Source of the DNA: Candidatus Poribacteria bacterium
Lineage (GTDB): Bacteria; Poribacteria; WGA-4E; WGA-3G
Assembly (NCBI GenBank): GCA_965198235.1
Contig: OZ240248.1
Location: 4,640,001-4,704,000, forward strand
DNA length: 64,000 nt
Reading direction: 5' to 3'
Shown here: in pieces, positions 40,246-50,488 of the stretch
Numbering within the stretch: the first letter of the stretch is position 1
Layout: each line of letters begins with the position of its first letter
Position numbers and translations under genes: made by a program
The notes under the pieces: generated by a model
Database searches by the model: none
What the model was told of the DNA's origin: nothing
The model's input: the letters and a program-made list of their open reading frames with translations, nothing else

Positions 40246-40383
40246 AGGAAAAACTAAAGAACGTGTTGATTTTCTTTAACAATTGGGTTTCCGTCCCGAT
40301 TTTTCCGTTGTCAAAATTGGGTTTTCGATTTGGTGAAGAACATCGGGGGATTAGGGCACTAACAATAAGGTCAGGAGGAACCG

Positions 40384-41334
40384 ATGGGTACAAAAGTTGG
40401 GCTTGCCAAGACCGGCAGGCGACGTTCTAACGTTTTTGAAGCGTTGGACAACATACGCGAGGATCTCACACCGAAAGTCCGTGAGCAGGTACTGTTAAAA
40501 CCGAATTTTCTCTCCAGTACGAATCAACTCGCTTCGTCGCACGTCGATGCGATGCGAGGCGCGCTTGATTTTCTGCTGAGTACACCACATCCGCCGAAAG
40601 AGGTGATTATTGCCGAAGGCGCAAATGAAGCGTTCTCCGGTGAGGCATTCCAAGTTTTTGGTTATGAGGCACTTCAAGCCGAGTACGATCTCCCGATCCG
40701 GCTCGTGGATTTGCATCAGGAAACCGAATGGGTGAAAACCACGGTCTTTCTTGCTGAGCGCAATGAAGATACCGTGCGGATGCCGAAGATAGTATTGGAT
40801 TGCCCCTGCACTATTTCTGTTGCTATCGCTAAAACACATGATGCCGGGGTCGTAACACTCGCAATGAAGAATATGATTATGGGTACTCTGCACAAGGAAG
40901 ACCGGATTAAAATGCACGGCTATCACAGTCACGCAGACCGGGTACTCCCGCGCGAAGCGCAGACGCTCAATATCAACTTGCTTCGTCTCTCACGCCACCT
41001 TAAGCCCGACATCGCTATTGTTGATGGCACCGTTGGGTTACAAGGCAACGGACCTGGTGGCACCGACTCTGTTCCACTCGGGATCGCGATTGCGAGCGGA
41101 GATGTGTTCGCAGCTGATGCAGTCACGACAAAAGCGATGGGATTTGAGCCATTAGAGATTGGGCTTTTTCATTACGCCAATGCGTTAGGATACGGCACCG
41201 CAGATCTTGACAAGATTGGCATCGTCGGGCCCGCCGTAGAGACAATCGTGACATCGTTTAAGCCCCATGAAACCGCTGAACTCCAGTTCCAGTGGCAAGA
41301 AGCGAGTCCGGCAGAATATCTGGCAGCAGACTAA
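40384..41334 (+). CDS. DUF362 protein
   Basis: VLLKPN, KTH...VTLAMKN and IVDG...QGNGP motifs. Confidence 0.85.
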   Translation: MGTKVGLAKTGRRRSNVFEALDNIREDLTPKVREQVLLKPNFLSSTNQLASSHVDAMRGALDFLLSTPHPPKEVIIAEGANEAFSGEAFQVFGYEALQAEYDLPIRLVDLHQETEWVKTTVFLAERNEDTVRMPKIVLDCPCTISVAIAKTHDAGVVTLAMKNMIMGTLHKEDRIKMHGYHSHADRVLPREAQTLNINLLRLSRHLKPDIAIVDGTVGLQGNGPGGTDSVPLGIAIASGDVFAADAVTTKAMGFEPLEIGLFHYANALGYGTADLDKIGIVGPAVETIVTSFKPHETAELQFQWQEASPAEYLAAD

Positions 41335-41347
41335 CAAAAGGAGCATT

Positions 41348-42244
41348 ATGAAACGTTTCTGTAATACGTTGATTCTATTTTCGATACTCCTCACCACGCC
41401 GGCGTGGGCATGGTGGGGAGGTGGACATGATATCCTCACGCAGGCAGCCGTCAAAGCACTTCCCGAAGAGATGCCTGAATTTTTTCGATCCGCCGAAAAA
41501 ATGGTCGCTCACTGTGCCTACGATCCAGACATATCGAAGGAGCGTGGCACACCGCACGCACGACAGGCTGAATACGGTGAACATTACATTGATGTAGAAT
41601 TGCTAAAAGGTCATCCGATCCCAGAGGGGCGCGACGCACACATTAAGTTGTGTGCAGAGTTAGGGCTTGCACCGCGAGCCGTCGGCACACTGCCCTATGC
41701 GCTCGCGGAGTGGACAGAACGGCTCGCTGTTGCTTTCGCAGAGCATCGCAAATGGCCCGATAATCCGATGATTCAGAACAAATGCTTTCTCTACGCGGGC
41801 TTCCTTGCACACTACGCACAGGATATGTGTCAACCTTTACACCTAACCATCAATTTTGATGGGATTAAGCAAGAGGACGGAACACGCCTGCATGCCGGTA
41901 TCCATGAGAAAGTCGATTCGGCAATTGAGATGTTGAAGCTGAATCCAGCAGAACTCGCGAAGGCACAACAGATTGAACCCGTTGGCGATTTAATGCCAGC
42001 AATAGTGAAACAGGTTAAAGTGGGGTTCAGTTTGGTTGATAGTGTTTACGCACTCGCGGAAGATTGGAAAAACCTGAAAGATCCAACACCTGCTTTGGTT
42101 GTTTTTACAAATGATCGGGCGCGTGAATCCGTGCGTTGGACGGCTTCACTCTATTTGACTGCATGGAAGTTATCTGAGGGCATCAGGTTGCCCGGTTGGC
42201 TTGACCGCGCACAAAACGATGCAGACGCATCGCACTCACACTAA
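41348..42244 (+). CDS. Secreted S1/P1 nuclease / Zn phospholipase C-like protein
   Basis: Signal peptide ending AWA, then W..GGH; HYID, HYAQD..QPLH and IHE motifs. Confidence 0.8.
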   Translation: MKRFCNTLILFSILLTTPAWAWWGGGHDILTQAAVKALPEEMPEFFRSAEKMVAHCAYDPDISKERGTPHARQAEYGEHYIDVELLKGHPIPEGRDAHIKLCAELGLAPRAVGTLPYALAEWTERLAVAFAEHRKWPDNPMIQNKCFLYAGFLAHYAQDMCQPLHLTINFDGIKQEDGTRLHAGIHEKVDSAIEMLKLNPAELAKAQQIEPVGDLMPAIVKQVKVGFSLVDSVYALAEDWKNLKDPTPALVVFTNDRARESVRWTASLYLTAWKLSEGIRLPGWLDRAQNDADASHSH

Positions 42245-42257
42245 AAGGAGAATAAAC

Positions 42258-43646
42258 TTGTTACAACAGTGGAAACCTGACCCAACTTTTTATCCGTCCC
42301 CAAAGATGGCGATTGAGGCTCCTATTGAAGATGTCGCTTATGTCGCTGCACCGAGAGATGACGGCAACCCCGACACTATGTGTGTGGTTGACCTCAACAA
42401 AGCATCTGACACCTACGGCGAGATTGTTCATAGGTTGGAACTCGGCGTTCGTGACGAGATCCACCACTTCGGCTGGAACGCTTGTAGTGCAGCACTCTGC
42501 CCCTATGCCCCACACCCTTATGTAGAACGGCGTTACCTCGTTGTGCCAGCACTGCGGGGTTCTAGTATCTATATCCTTGATGTGAAGGAGAACCCGAAGG
42601 CACCAAAACTCATTAAAACTTTGAATGTCAATGAAGTTGAAGAGCGTTCGGGATATACCCGTCCGCATACAGTGCATTGTGGTCCTGAAGGCATCTATGT
42701 CAGTGCTTTGGCTTCAGCAGGTTCGGAAGAAGGACCTGGTGGTATTTTCCTCATGGATCACTACAACTTCAATATTCTGGGGCAATGGGAAGTTGAACGT
42801 GGCTCTCAATCCCTCTCTTACGATTTCTGGTGGCACTTGGGCTACGATATCGCCGTCACCAGTGAATGGGGCACCCCGGCAATGATTGAAAACGGCGTGA
42901 GCCTTGAAGATTTAGGCGAGCGCAAATTTGGGCATAAAATCCATATTTGGGACATCCGACACCGTAAGAACATCCAGACCTTGGATTTGGGCGATGACTA
43001 TCAGATGATTTTGGAGTTGCGTCCAGCACATGACCCCACCAAGGCGTATGGGTTCGTCAATGCCGTGCTTAATATGAACGATTTGTCGAGTTCCATTTGG
43101 ACGTGGTATAAAGACGGAGACGATTGGGGAATTCAAAAGATTATTGATATTCCCGCACAGGCACCTGAAAATCCAGATGACTTGCCGCCGGCATTGAAGG
43201 ATATCGGAATGATACCGCCGCTCGTTACCGATCACATCCTCTCGTTGGATGACCGATTCCTGTATGTTTCTTGTTGGGGAACTGGGGAGATGCTGCAATA
43301 CGATGTATCTGACCCGTTTAATCCCAAGCATACTGGGACTCTTGAAATAGGTGGAATTACAAAATCGCATCCACACCCGGGTGCCGGTCCTGTAGGTGGC
43401 GGTCCTCAGATGGTTGAATTGAGTCGAGATGGCAAACGCCTCTACTTTACCAACTCCCTCTACGTCGCGTGGGATAACCAGTTCTATCCGGATAGCGCAA
43501 ACGGATGGATGGTGAAGGCTGATGTGAACCCTGATGGCGGTGTCGAATTGGATCCTGACTTCTTCGTGGACTTTGGTGATAGCCGTGCCCATCAGATTCG
43601 GTTGCAAGGTGGCGATAGTTCTTCCGATACTTTTTGCTACCCATAG
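42258..43646 (+). CDS. Selenium-binding protein SBP56 / methanethiol oxidase-like
   Basis: DPTFYPSP, HHFGWNACS, PHTVHC, YDFWWH, GGPQM.ELS.DG and GGDSSSD motifs; TTG start after AAGGAG. Confidence 0.9.
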   Translation: MLQQWKPDPTFYPSPKMAIEAPIEDVAYVAAPRDDGNPDTMCVVDLNKASDTYGEIVHRLELGVRDEIHHFGWNACSAALCPYAPHPYVERRYLVVPALRGSSIYILDVKENPKAPKLIKTLNVNEVEERSGYTRPHTVHCGPEGIYVSALASAGSEEGPGGIFLMDHYNFNILGQWEVERGSQSLSYDFWWHLGYDIAVTSEWGTPAMIENGVSLEDLGERKFGHKIHIWDIRHRKNIQTLDLGDDYQMILELRPAHDPTKAYGFVNAVLNMNDLSSSIWTWYKDGDDWGIQKIIDIPAQAPENPDDLPPALKDIGMIPPLVTDHILSLDDRFLYVSCWGTGEMLQYDVSDPFNPKHTGTLEIGGITKSHPHPGAGPVGGGPQMVELSRDGKRLYFTNSLYVAWDNQFYPDSANGWMVKADVNPDGGVELDPDFFVDFGDSRAHQIRLQGGDSSSDTFCYP

Positions 43647-43856
43647 GAATACAAGTGGCGCGCAGTTGGCGAGGTTCTTAGGGAAATCCACAGGGAAACA
43701 CCCTATCAAAAACCCCAAGCAAAGACCCCAAGCAAAAACACCTCGCTTTTTAAGCCCATATATCATTACAACGTGGTTTAAATCACAACTTTTTTAGAAG
43801 AGGGTGTGCAAGTTCTCTTGCAGCACCCTCATACTATCAGTAGAAAGATATTTTTT

Positions 43857-44498
43857 ATGGATACTGTCTCATGGTTAAGCTATACCCTCCTCGGTGTATT
43901 TCACGGAATTAATCCGGGGATGGGATGGCTTTTTGCGGTCGCGTTGGGGATGCAGGAAAAACGGAGACGCGCGGTTATTGGTGCCCTTTTTCCAATGGCA
44001 CTTGGACACGCGCTATCCATCGCAGTCGTGGTTTTCGTCATCGCCTTGGCGCAGCAACAGTTACCGGACGGAGTACTTCGTATCGCCTGTGCAACTGTGT
44101 TGTTCGGTTTTGGCGCGTACAAGTTTTTCCGAGCGCGACATCCGAAGTGGGTCGGGATGCGTGTTAACTTCAAAGACTTAACGATTTGGTCATTCCTGAT
44201 GGCATCCGCACACGGGGCAGGTTTGATGCTGGCACCCCTTCTGTTACGAATGCCCGCTGCTGAGGCATCAGCACACATGCACCACGCTCCCGCAAGCATG
44301 GCACATAACGCGACGATGTTATTATCCGCAGTTGGGGTGCACACTCTCAGCTTTTTCGTCGTGACAGGGATCGTGGCAGTTATCGTTTACGAGGTCGTAG
44401 GGCTTGCGTTGCTTCGCAAGGCGTGGTTTAATTTGGATCTGTTGTGGTCTATTGCTTTGATGATTGCCGGTGTTGTCACTCTTTTCTGGAAGCATTAG
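43857..44498 (+). CDS. His-rich membrane protein commonly paired with SBP56
   Basis: GVFHGINPGMGWLFAVALG, HGAGLM and WFNLD motifs. Confidence 0.75.
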   Translation: MDTVSWLSYTLLGVFHGINPGMGWLFAVALGMQEKRRRAVIGALFPMALGHALSIAVVVFVIALAQQQLPDGVLRIACATVLFGFGAYKFFRARHPKWVGMRVNFKDLTIWSFLMASAHGAGLMLAPLLLRMPAAEASAHMHHAPASMAHNATMLLSAVGVHTLSFFVVTGIVAVIVYEVVGLALLRKAWFNLDLLWSIALMIAGVVTLFWKH

Positions 44499-44690
44499 AA
44501 AAGAGTGAGTCTCCTACCTTAAAACTCTGAACGTTTCAGCTCCTGTGGGCGAAGTTTCTAACCCCAATTTCTCTTACGAAGATCCTCTACCCCGGTAGGC
44601 GAGGTTTCCTAACCTCGTCTCTTCCAGTAACCCCTGTCTACCAACAGATGTGGACCCTACACGTACTAATTTAAGTCGAACTCACGTGTG

Positions 44691-45322
<632 letters not shown>

Positions 45323-45339
<17 letters not shown>

Positions 45340-45538
45340 CAGCAACCTCTAACGTCATCTTCAAGTATGCGACAGCTTGTTCTTGAGATACCGTTGGAAA
45401 GTCATCAAGGAACTTGTTGAGTGAGTCACCTGCCGTTAGATGCTGAATTAATATCTCTACTGGCACACGGGTCCCGGTGAAAACTAATGCACCATTCATC
45501 ACTTTTGGGTTGCGCGAAACAATCTGTTCTTTTTTCAT
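45323..45538 (-). CDS. DUF433 antitoxin
   Basis: P.VMNG..VFTGTRVPV...FLDDFPTVS motif. Confidence 0.88.
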
Positions 45539-45577
45539 GGGTGAAACCTCCTTGAAAAGGGTTATCTGAGATCTACG

Positions 45578-46141
45578 TCAGAGGATTCTCAACGCGGCTT
45601 CGTATGTATCTCTGACTAAGTCTTGAATGTCCTTGCGCAGTTTCCGCCAACTCCGTTGTAGTTTTTCTTTGACCCATAGCCTACCTTCATCGATTCCCAT
45701 TCCGTGATGAACGTAGGCTAAGTATAAAAGCGAGGGTACTTGTTTAATATGAGACATCGCATCGGCATTAGCCAGACATTCTCCTTCTGCGCTCCGATGT
45801 TCCATTATTACACTTGCTCGATGTGTTGCGATAGCATCTTTAACAGCTTCCGTTTTTTCTTCTGGATAGTCGAAACGCTTCAGGAGTTTCTCCGCTTCAA
45901 TTGGACCATGAATATGATGATCCGCATAGAGTGCTTTGTCCTTTATGCTGGCATAATCATGGAGTAATGCCGCAAGATCCACAATTTCGGGGTCAGCATC
46001 AAAGCGTGGGGCGAGTTGTTTTGCGTTTTGAATGACTTGTAGGATGTGATGGGTCCAAATATCATAACCGAAGATGTTGGTATCCGCTGCACAAGCTTGT
46101 TCGACAATCTGCTCAATTTCGTTTCTCGTAGTTTCAATCAT
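45578..46141 (-). CDS. HD-domain phosphohydrolase
   Basis: H...AALLHD...H...ADA motifs. Confidence 0.85.
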   Translation of the reverse strand: MIETTRNEIEQIVEQACAADTNIFGYDIWTHHILQVIQNAKQLAPRFDADPEIVDLAALLHDYASIKDKALYADHHIHGPIEAEKLLKRFDYPEEKTEAVKDAIATHRASVIMEHRSAEGECLANADAMSHIKQVPSLLYLAYVHHGMGIDEGRLWVKEKLQRSWRKLRKDIQDLVRDTYEAALRIL

Positions 46142-46168
46142 GGAAAGATTTCTTTCTAAGATATGGGT

Positions 46169-46387
46169 TCACAACTCGTCAATTCCCATTTTCTTGATAC
46201 GACCAGCTTTGATGTCGTTCCGGACTTTGTGGGCAAGTTGGGCGAGTTTATCTTGCGATTCGGCAAAAGCCTTGTCCCATAGCCGCTCATCTTCTAATTC
46301 TTCAAGAATTACTGTAGCAATGGCATCCTGTTTTTCTGGAGGTAGTTTATAAACCTCGGTGCGTACTTTCTCAAGAAGCCGTGTCAT
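46169..46387 (-). CDS. Small putative antitoxin
   Basis: LP..KQDAIA..ILEELEDE..WD..FA.SQ..L..LA pattern typical of RelE/ParE-associated antitoxins. Confidence 0.6.
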   Translation of the reverse strand: MTRLLEKVRTEVYKLPPEKQDAIATVILEELEDERLWDKAFAESQDKLAQLAHKVRNDIKAGRIKKMGIDEL

Positions 46388-46756
46388 AATTGTTCCTTTC
46401 TTTGTGAATTCCCGCGCTTAAATTACGCGCAGATCGACATCAACATTGCGCGAGAGCGTATTCGTCACAGGTGAAGCAGCCAGCATCTCGTCCCAAGGCA
46501 GGAGTTTCGTTCATTAGCATTAAGAGTATCACAAAACTGGCTTCAGGACAATTAAAAATGGCAGTGAACAGAGGTCAACATCGTGTGATTGCTCGTCCTG
46601 ATGCTGAAACGAAAAACTTGTTTTTTTTCCCCGTGCATGCTACAATTTCTTTTCAGTAACGGAATACAGAAATTTGATCCATCTTCTTAATATAGGCTTG
46701 AAGGCAACGCCCTTGAATCGAAACTATCAAGCTGCACCAAAAAGGGGAACCTTAAT

Positions 46757-47845
46757 TTGATAAACTTATATGGAGCAACGTATGATAGAATGCAACTGCT
46801 TCGCCACGTCGGAGATGTATCGCAAATTGCCCATGCCAAGATGTACCAACTAATGGACGGCAACGAAAAGGGCGTTGACGCTATTGACTTCCGAACCGGT
46901 AGTGGTCTTAATTTTACCGTGCTGCCCAGTCGTGGTTTGGATGTCTCTTATGCAGAATATCAGGGTATCCCTCTTTGCTGGCGTTCGAGTACGGGCGATG
47001 TTAGCCCTGCGCATTATGAACCCGATGGTCTCGGCTGGTTACGGGGCTTCTACGGGGGCTTGCTGACAACCTGCGGTATGCGACAAGTCGGCGTACCGGG
47101 CGAAGATGCCGATGAGGCATTAGGGCTTCACGGCAGAGTCTCGTATATCCCCGCCAAAAACGTTTGGGTCGACAGTCGGTGGGAAGGGCAGCGCTATATG
47201 CTATGGGCACAGGGCAAGGTGAAAGAAACCGCCGCTTTGGGCGAAAACCTCTCTCGGACCCGTAGAATTTGGACCGAGTTAGGCTCACGTACGTTGCACG
47301 TTGAGGATATTGTCGAAAACTTGGGATACCAAGATTCACCACACATGTACCTCTTCCATATTAATGTTGGATTTCCAATCCTTACCCAAGACAGCGAATT
47401 GATTGCCCCTTCCTCACAGGTCACCCCGCGTGACGAACAGGCTGCCGCAAACTTGAACAATTATAATCTCTGCGAACCGCCAACCATCGATTTCCAAGAA
47501 GAGGTTTTCTATCACGAAATGGAGCCAGATGTTGATAATCACATCCACGTTGCACTTGTAAACCGCAATTTTAACGGTGGACAAGGTATAGGCGTATCGG
47601 TGCGTTACCACAAAACGCAATTTCCGCACTTTGTTCAGTGGAAAATGTGTGGTGAAGGAAGCTATGTATTCGGTTTAGAACCATCGAATTGCGGAGTAGA
47701 AGGCAGGGCAAAGGAACGTGAACGTGGTGCCCTACAATATATTGAATCCGGCGGTCGTAGGCATTATGAGGTCGAAATCGGTGTGTTGTCCTCCAATGCA
47801 GAGATTGACACCCTGCAAGAAAAAATATCAAAAACCCAAAATTAA
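46757..47845 (+). CDS. Aldose 1-epimerase-like DUF4432 protein
   Basis: RGLD, GGLLTTCG, LHGR, HINVGFP and GLEP motifs. Confidence 0.85.
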   Translation: MINLYGATYDRMQLLRHVGDVSQIAHAKMYQLMDGNEKGVDAIDFRTGSGLNFTVLPSRGLDVSYAEYQGIPLCWRSSTGDVSPAHYEPDGLGWLRGFYGGLLTTCGMRQVGVPGEDADEALGLHGRVSYIPAKNVWVDSRWEGQRYMLWAQGKVKETAALGENLSRTRRIWTELGSRTLHVEDIVENLGYQDSPHMYLFHINVGFPILTQDSELIAPSSQVTPRDEQAAANLNNYNLCEPPTIDFQEEVFYHEMEPDVDNHIHVALVNRNFNGGQGIGVSVRYHKTQFPHFVQWKMCGEGSYVFGLEPSNCGVEGRAKERERGALQYIESGGRRHYEVEIGVLSSNAEIDTLQEKISKTQN

Positions 47846-47899
47846 TACTATAAATCTAGTGAGGATACGCCGATAGGCTGTCCTACACCTCAGGAGAAA

Positions 47900-49933
47900 T
47901 TGATGATGAAGAGATGTTTGTCTTTACCCCTTATCGCCTTAGCATTACTGGCAACGTTTATATTCACTGGTTGCAGCGCGAAAGAGACCCCTCCAGTTCC
48001 AATTACCACTGACGCACCTATAGCACAACAAGAATCAGAGGAAAAACATGAAGAATCACAGGCAATAGAGCGCGATCTTGATGAACACCACGAATCGTCG
48101 GAGGAAGCACACGAAGAACCACACGCGGCTGAAGAGGAAACGCATCATGAAGTTGAATCTGAAGAAGCAATGCCAATGGTGGAGCTCCCGGGCAGCAGTG
48201 TGCTACATCTGATACCGCAACAAACAGCCGGGATTATTTATTGTCCGAGTTTGAATGAGTTAAACAATCGAGTTGACATGTTAGCGATGGACTTGATGCC
48301 GACCGCTGAAAATCCGGAGATAATCGCCAAAATTTTAGCAAATACTTTTGGTGCTGGTTTTGAGAGTCTTAGTGAATTGGAGGAAATTGGGCTGGATTTG
48401 AATCAAGATTTTGCAATCTTTATGACCTCTTTGAAGCCACCAGATCTCTCCGCAACCGTACATCTCATAAACCCTGCAGCTATGAAACAGGTGATTGCAG
48501 CCGAAAGTGAGGGGAGTGCTCCGATAGAATATAACGGCGTAACCTATTGGAACGCGGCTGGAGGGGGCGGTAGTTTCGCTATCATAGATAACACCCTCGT
48601 TTTTTCTCAGTCCGCTGAAGTCTGCGAAAGCGTCATCGACACCTATAACAAAACCAAACCGGCTGTCACAACCAATCCAGATTATGGGACCTTCCTTGCC
48701 GATGTTTCAGCTGGGACTTCACAGCTCGCTGTACACTTTGACCTTGAATCAATCGCCCCTATCTTGAGTGCATCCCTCGAAGCAGAATCGGAGTCAATGC
48801 AAGACAGCCTTGAAAGCGATCCTGCAGCTATGGCAGCAGCACCTCTCTTTAAAAGTATATTTGTTGGCGTGATAGATTTGCTTGAGCAGCTAAAATCTCT
48901 GAGCGCGACACTTGAAGTGGAAGGAACCGATGTGAAACTCTCTCCATTTCTGAGGTTCAAGAGCAATGGCGGAATTCAGAACGCTTTAAAAGGGATGGCT
49001 CCCGACGAGTTGACCCTTCTTGGCGAACTCCCAAGTCCGGCGTTTATGAATGGTGCTTTTCAGGGTAAACCCGAATTGATGATTGAGATGAACCTGTTCT
49101 GGCTGAAGTTGCTTTCACAGGACTCTAACCCGGAACAGACTGAACTACTCGCGTCCCTTAGCAAACAAATGGAAGACTTTTATGGAGCCCTTGCCGAAGA
49201 ATGGTCTTTCTCTGCCAATTTTAAGGATAGCGTCCTTCCAGATTATTTGGTTGTCTATGGACTGAAAGATGAACAAAAGGCGAAGACCTATATGGAAGAG
49301 GCGTTGATTAAACAGCTCCAAGATTCGATGAAAGTTGCTCAAAACATGATGGGCGGTGCTGTTCCCAACCTTGATATGTACCGAGATGCGCATCACGGTG
49401 AATCCACAATGTACAACGGTGTTGAGATTAAGAGTTACGTCTTTCCTAATTTTAGTGCCGCTTTCGGAGAGATGCCACCTCAAGCTGCTGGGTTGATGCC
49501 CAGCGAATGGCACTGGTACTATGCTTTTACCGACGGTTATTTGCTTATGGCGATAGGCAGTCAAGAATTGATGAAAACAGCTTTGGACAACAGAGCGGGA
49601 GTCGGTACCGCGCATGGTTTCTCTGGGGAACCGAGTTATGAAAAATTGGTCACGACTTTAGGCGTGGAAAGTAACCTGTTTTTTGCTATTTCTCCAATGA
49701 CCATGGTTAAAAGTCTCTTACCGATTATTGCGAAGGCGGCGGATCCGAATGGTGCTGCCGCATTGCAAATGATGTCAGGAATGTTTATGAATTTGCCAGA
49801 GAACTATAGCATCGGTTTTTCCGCGAAAGTCCAAGACCATGGAATCGGCGCGAAACTTCTGCTGACCCTCGGTGATTTCAGGCAGCTTATCCAAACTTTT
49901 GCAATGATGCAGAGTATGGGACAGATGCAATAA
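47900..49933 (+). CDS. Hypothetical lipoprotein with a His/Glu-rich N-terminal linker
   Basis: FTGC lipobox; EEKHEE...DEHHE...ETHHE segment. Confidence 0.65.
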   Translation: MMMKRCLSLPLIALALLATFIFTGCSAKETPPVPITTDAPIAQQESEEKHEESQAIERDLDEHHESSEEAHEEPHAAEEETHHEVESEEAMPMVELPGSSVLHLIPQQTAGIIYCPSLNELNNRVDMLAMDLMPTAENPEIIAKILANTFGAGFESLSELEEIGLDLNQDFAIFMTSLKPPDLSATVHLINPAAMKQVIAAESEGSAPIEYNGVTYWNAAGGGGSFAIIDNTLVFSQSAEVCESVIDTYNKTKPAVTTNPDYGTFLADVSAGTSQLAVHFDLESIAPILSASLEAESESMQDSLESDPAAMAAAPLFKSIFVGVIDLLEQLKSLSATLEVEGTDVKLSPFLRFKSNGGIQNALKGMAPDELTLLGELPSPAFMNGAFQGKPELMIEMNLFWLKLLSQDSNPEQTELLASLSKQMEDFYGALAEEWSFSANFKDSVLPDYLVVYGLKDEQKAKTYMEEALIKQLQDSMKVAQNMMGGAVPNLDMYRDAHHGESTMYNGVEIKSYVFPNFSAAFGEMPPQAAGLMPSEWHWYYAFTDGYLLMAIGSQELMKTALDNRAGVGTAHGFSGEPSYEKLVTTLGVESNLFFAISPMTMVKSLLPIIAKAADPNGAAALQMMSGMFMNLPENYSIGFSAKVQDHGIGAKLLLTLGDFRQLIQTFAMMQSMGQMQ

Positions 49934-49942
49934 GTGTTTTCT

Positions 49943-49977
49943 AACTCGCCCACAATCAAATTGTGGGCGAGTTTTTT
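49943..49977 (+). terminator. Rho-independent terminator
   Basis: AACTCGCCCACAAT-CAA-ATTGTGGGCGAGTT followed by TTTT. Confidence 0.85.
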
Positions 49978-50488
49978 GTCCTTTATCACAGTTAGATGCT
50001 ATTACCTAACTGACGGATCATAAATCAGAGTTTCAATTCAAAACTGCACCTATACACCAAAGTTCTTAAAAAGCATAAAATGTGTAGTATGGTGCATTTT
50101 TTGCATGTTTGGCTTGCCTAATTAATTAAATATGCATACAATCATATAGAATATGCATATGAAAGTCTTTATGGTTAAGATTAACCGTATTAGTTATGAC
50201 TTACGCAAATCCCATATTTGCTAGTGCGGTTCCAAACCTTTCCAGCGATACATCGGTGAACATCGTAATTTTTCGCAATTTCTGTTAATATTGTTTTATA
50301 TTATTGTTAATGGTTTAATAACGGAGGTTCATAAATCGAAGTTTTGAGATATAAGAGGCGCAGGAATGGCAATCAGCTGTTGGTTGACGACCAGTAAGAG
50401 AGTTTCAGATTTCCGAAAAGTCCGATGGACCTACGGTGTCACGCCAAACGATTATATCCCACCCTCACCTAACTAAGGAGGAGAGCAG

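Noticed and set aside
40255-40340. Exact second boundary and TAM of IsrB element 2
   Set aside because: No intact hairpin or rule-consistent tetramer, so the end could not be placed.
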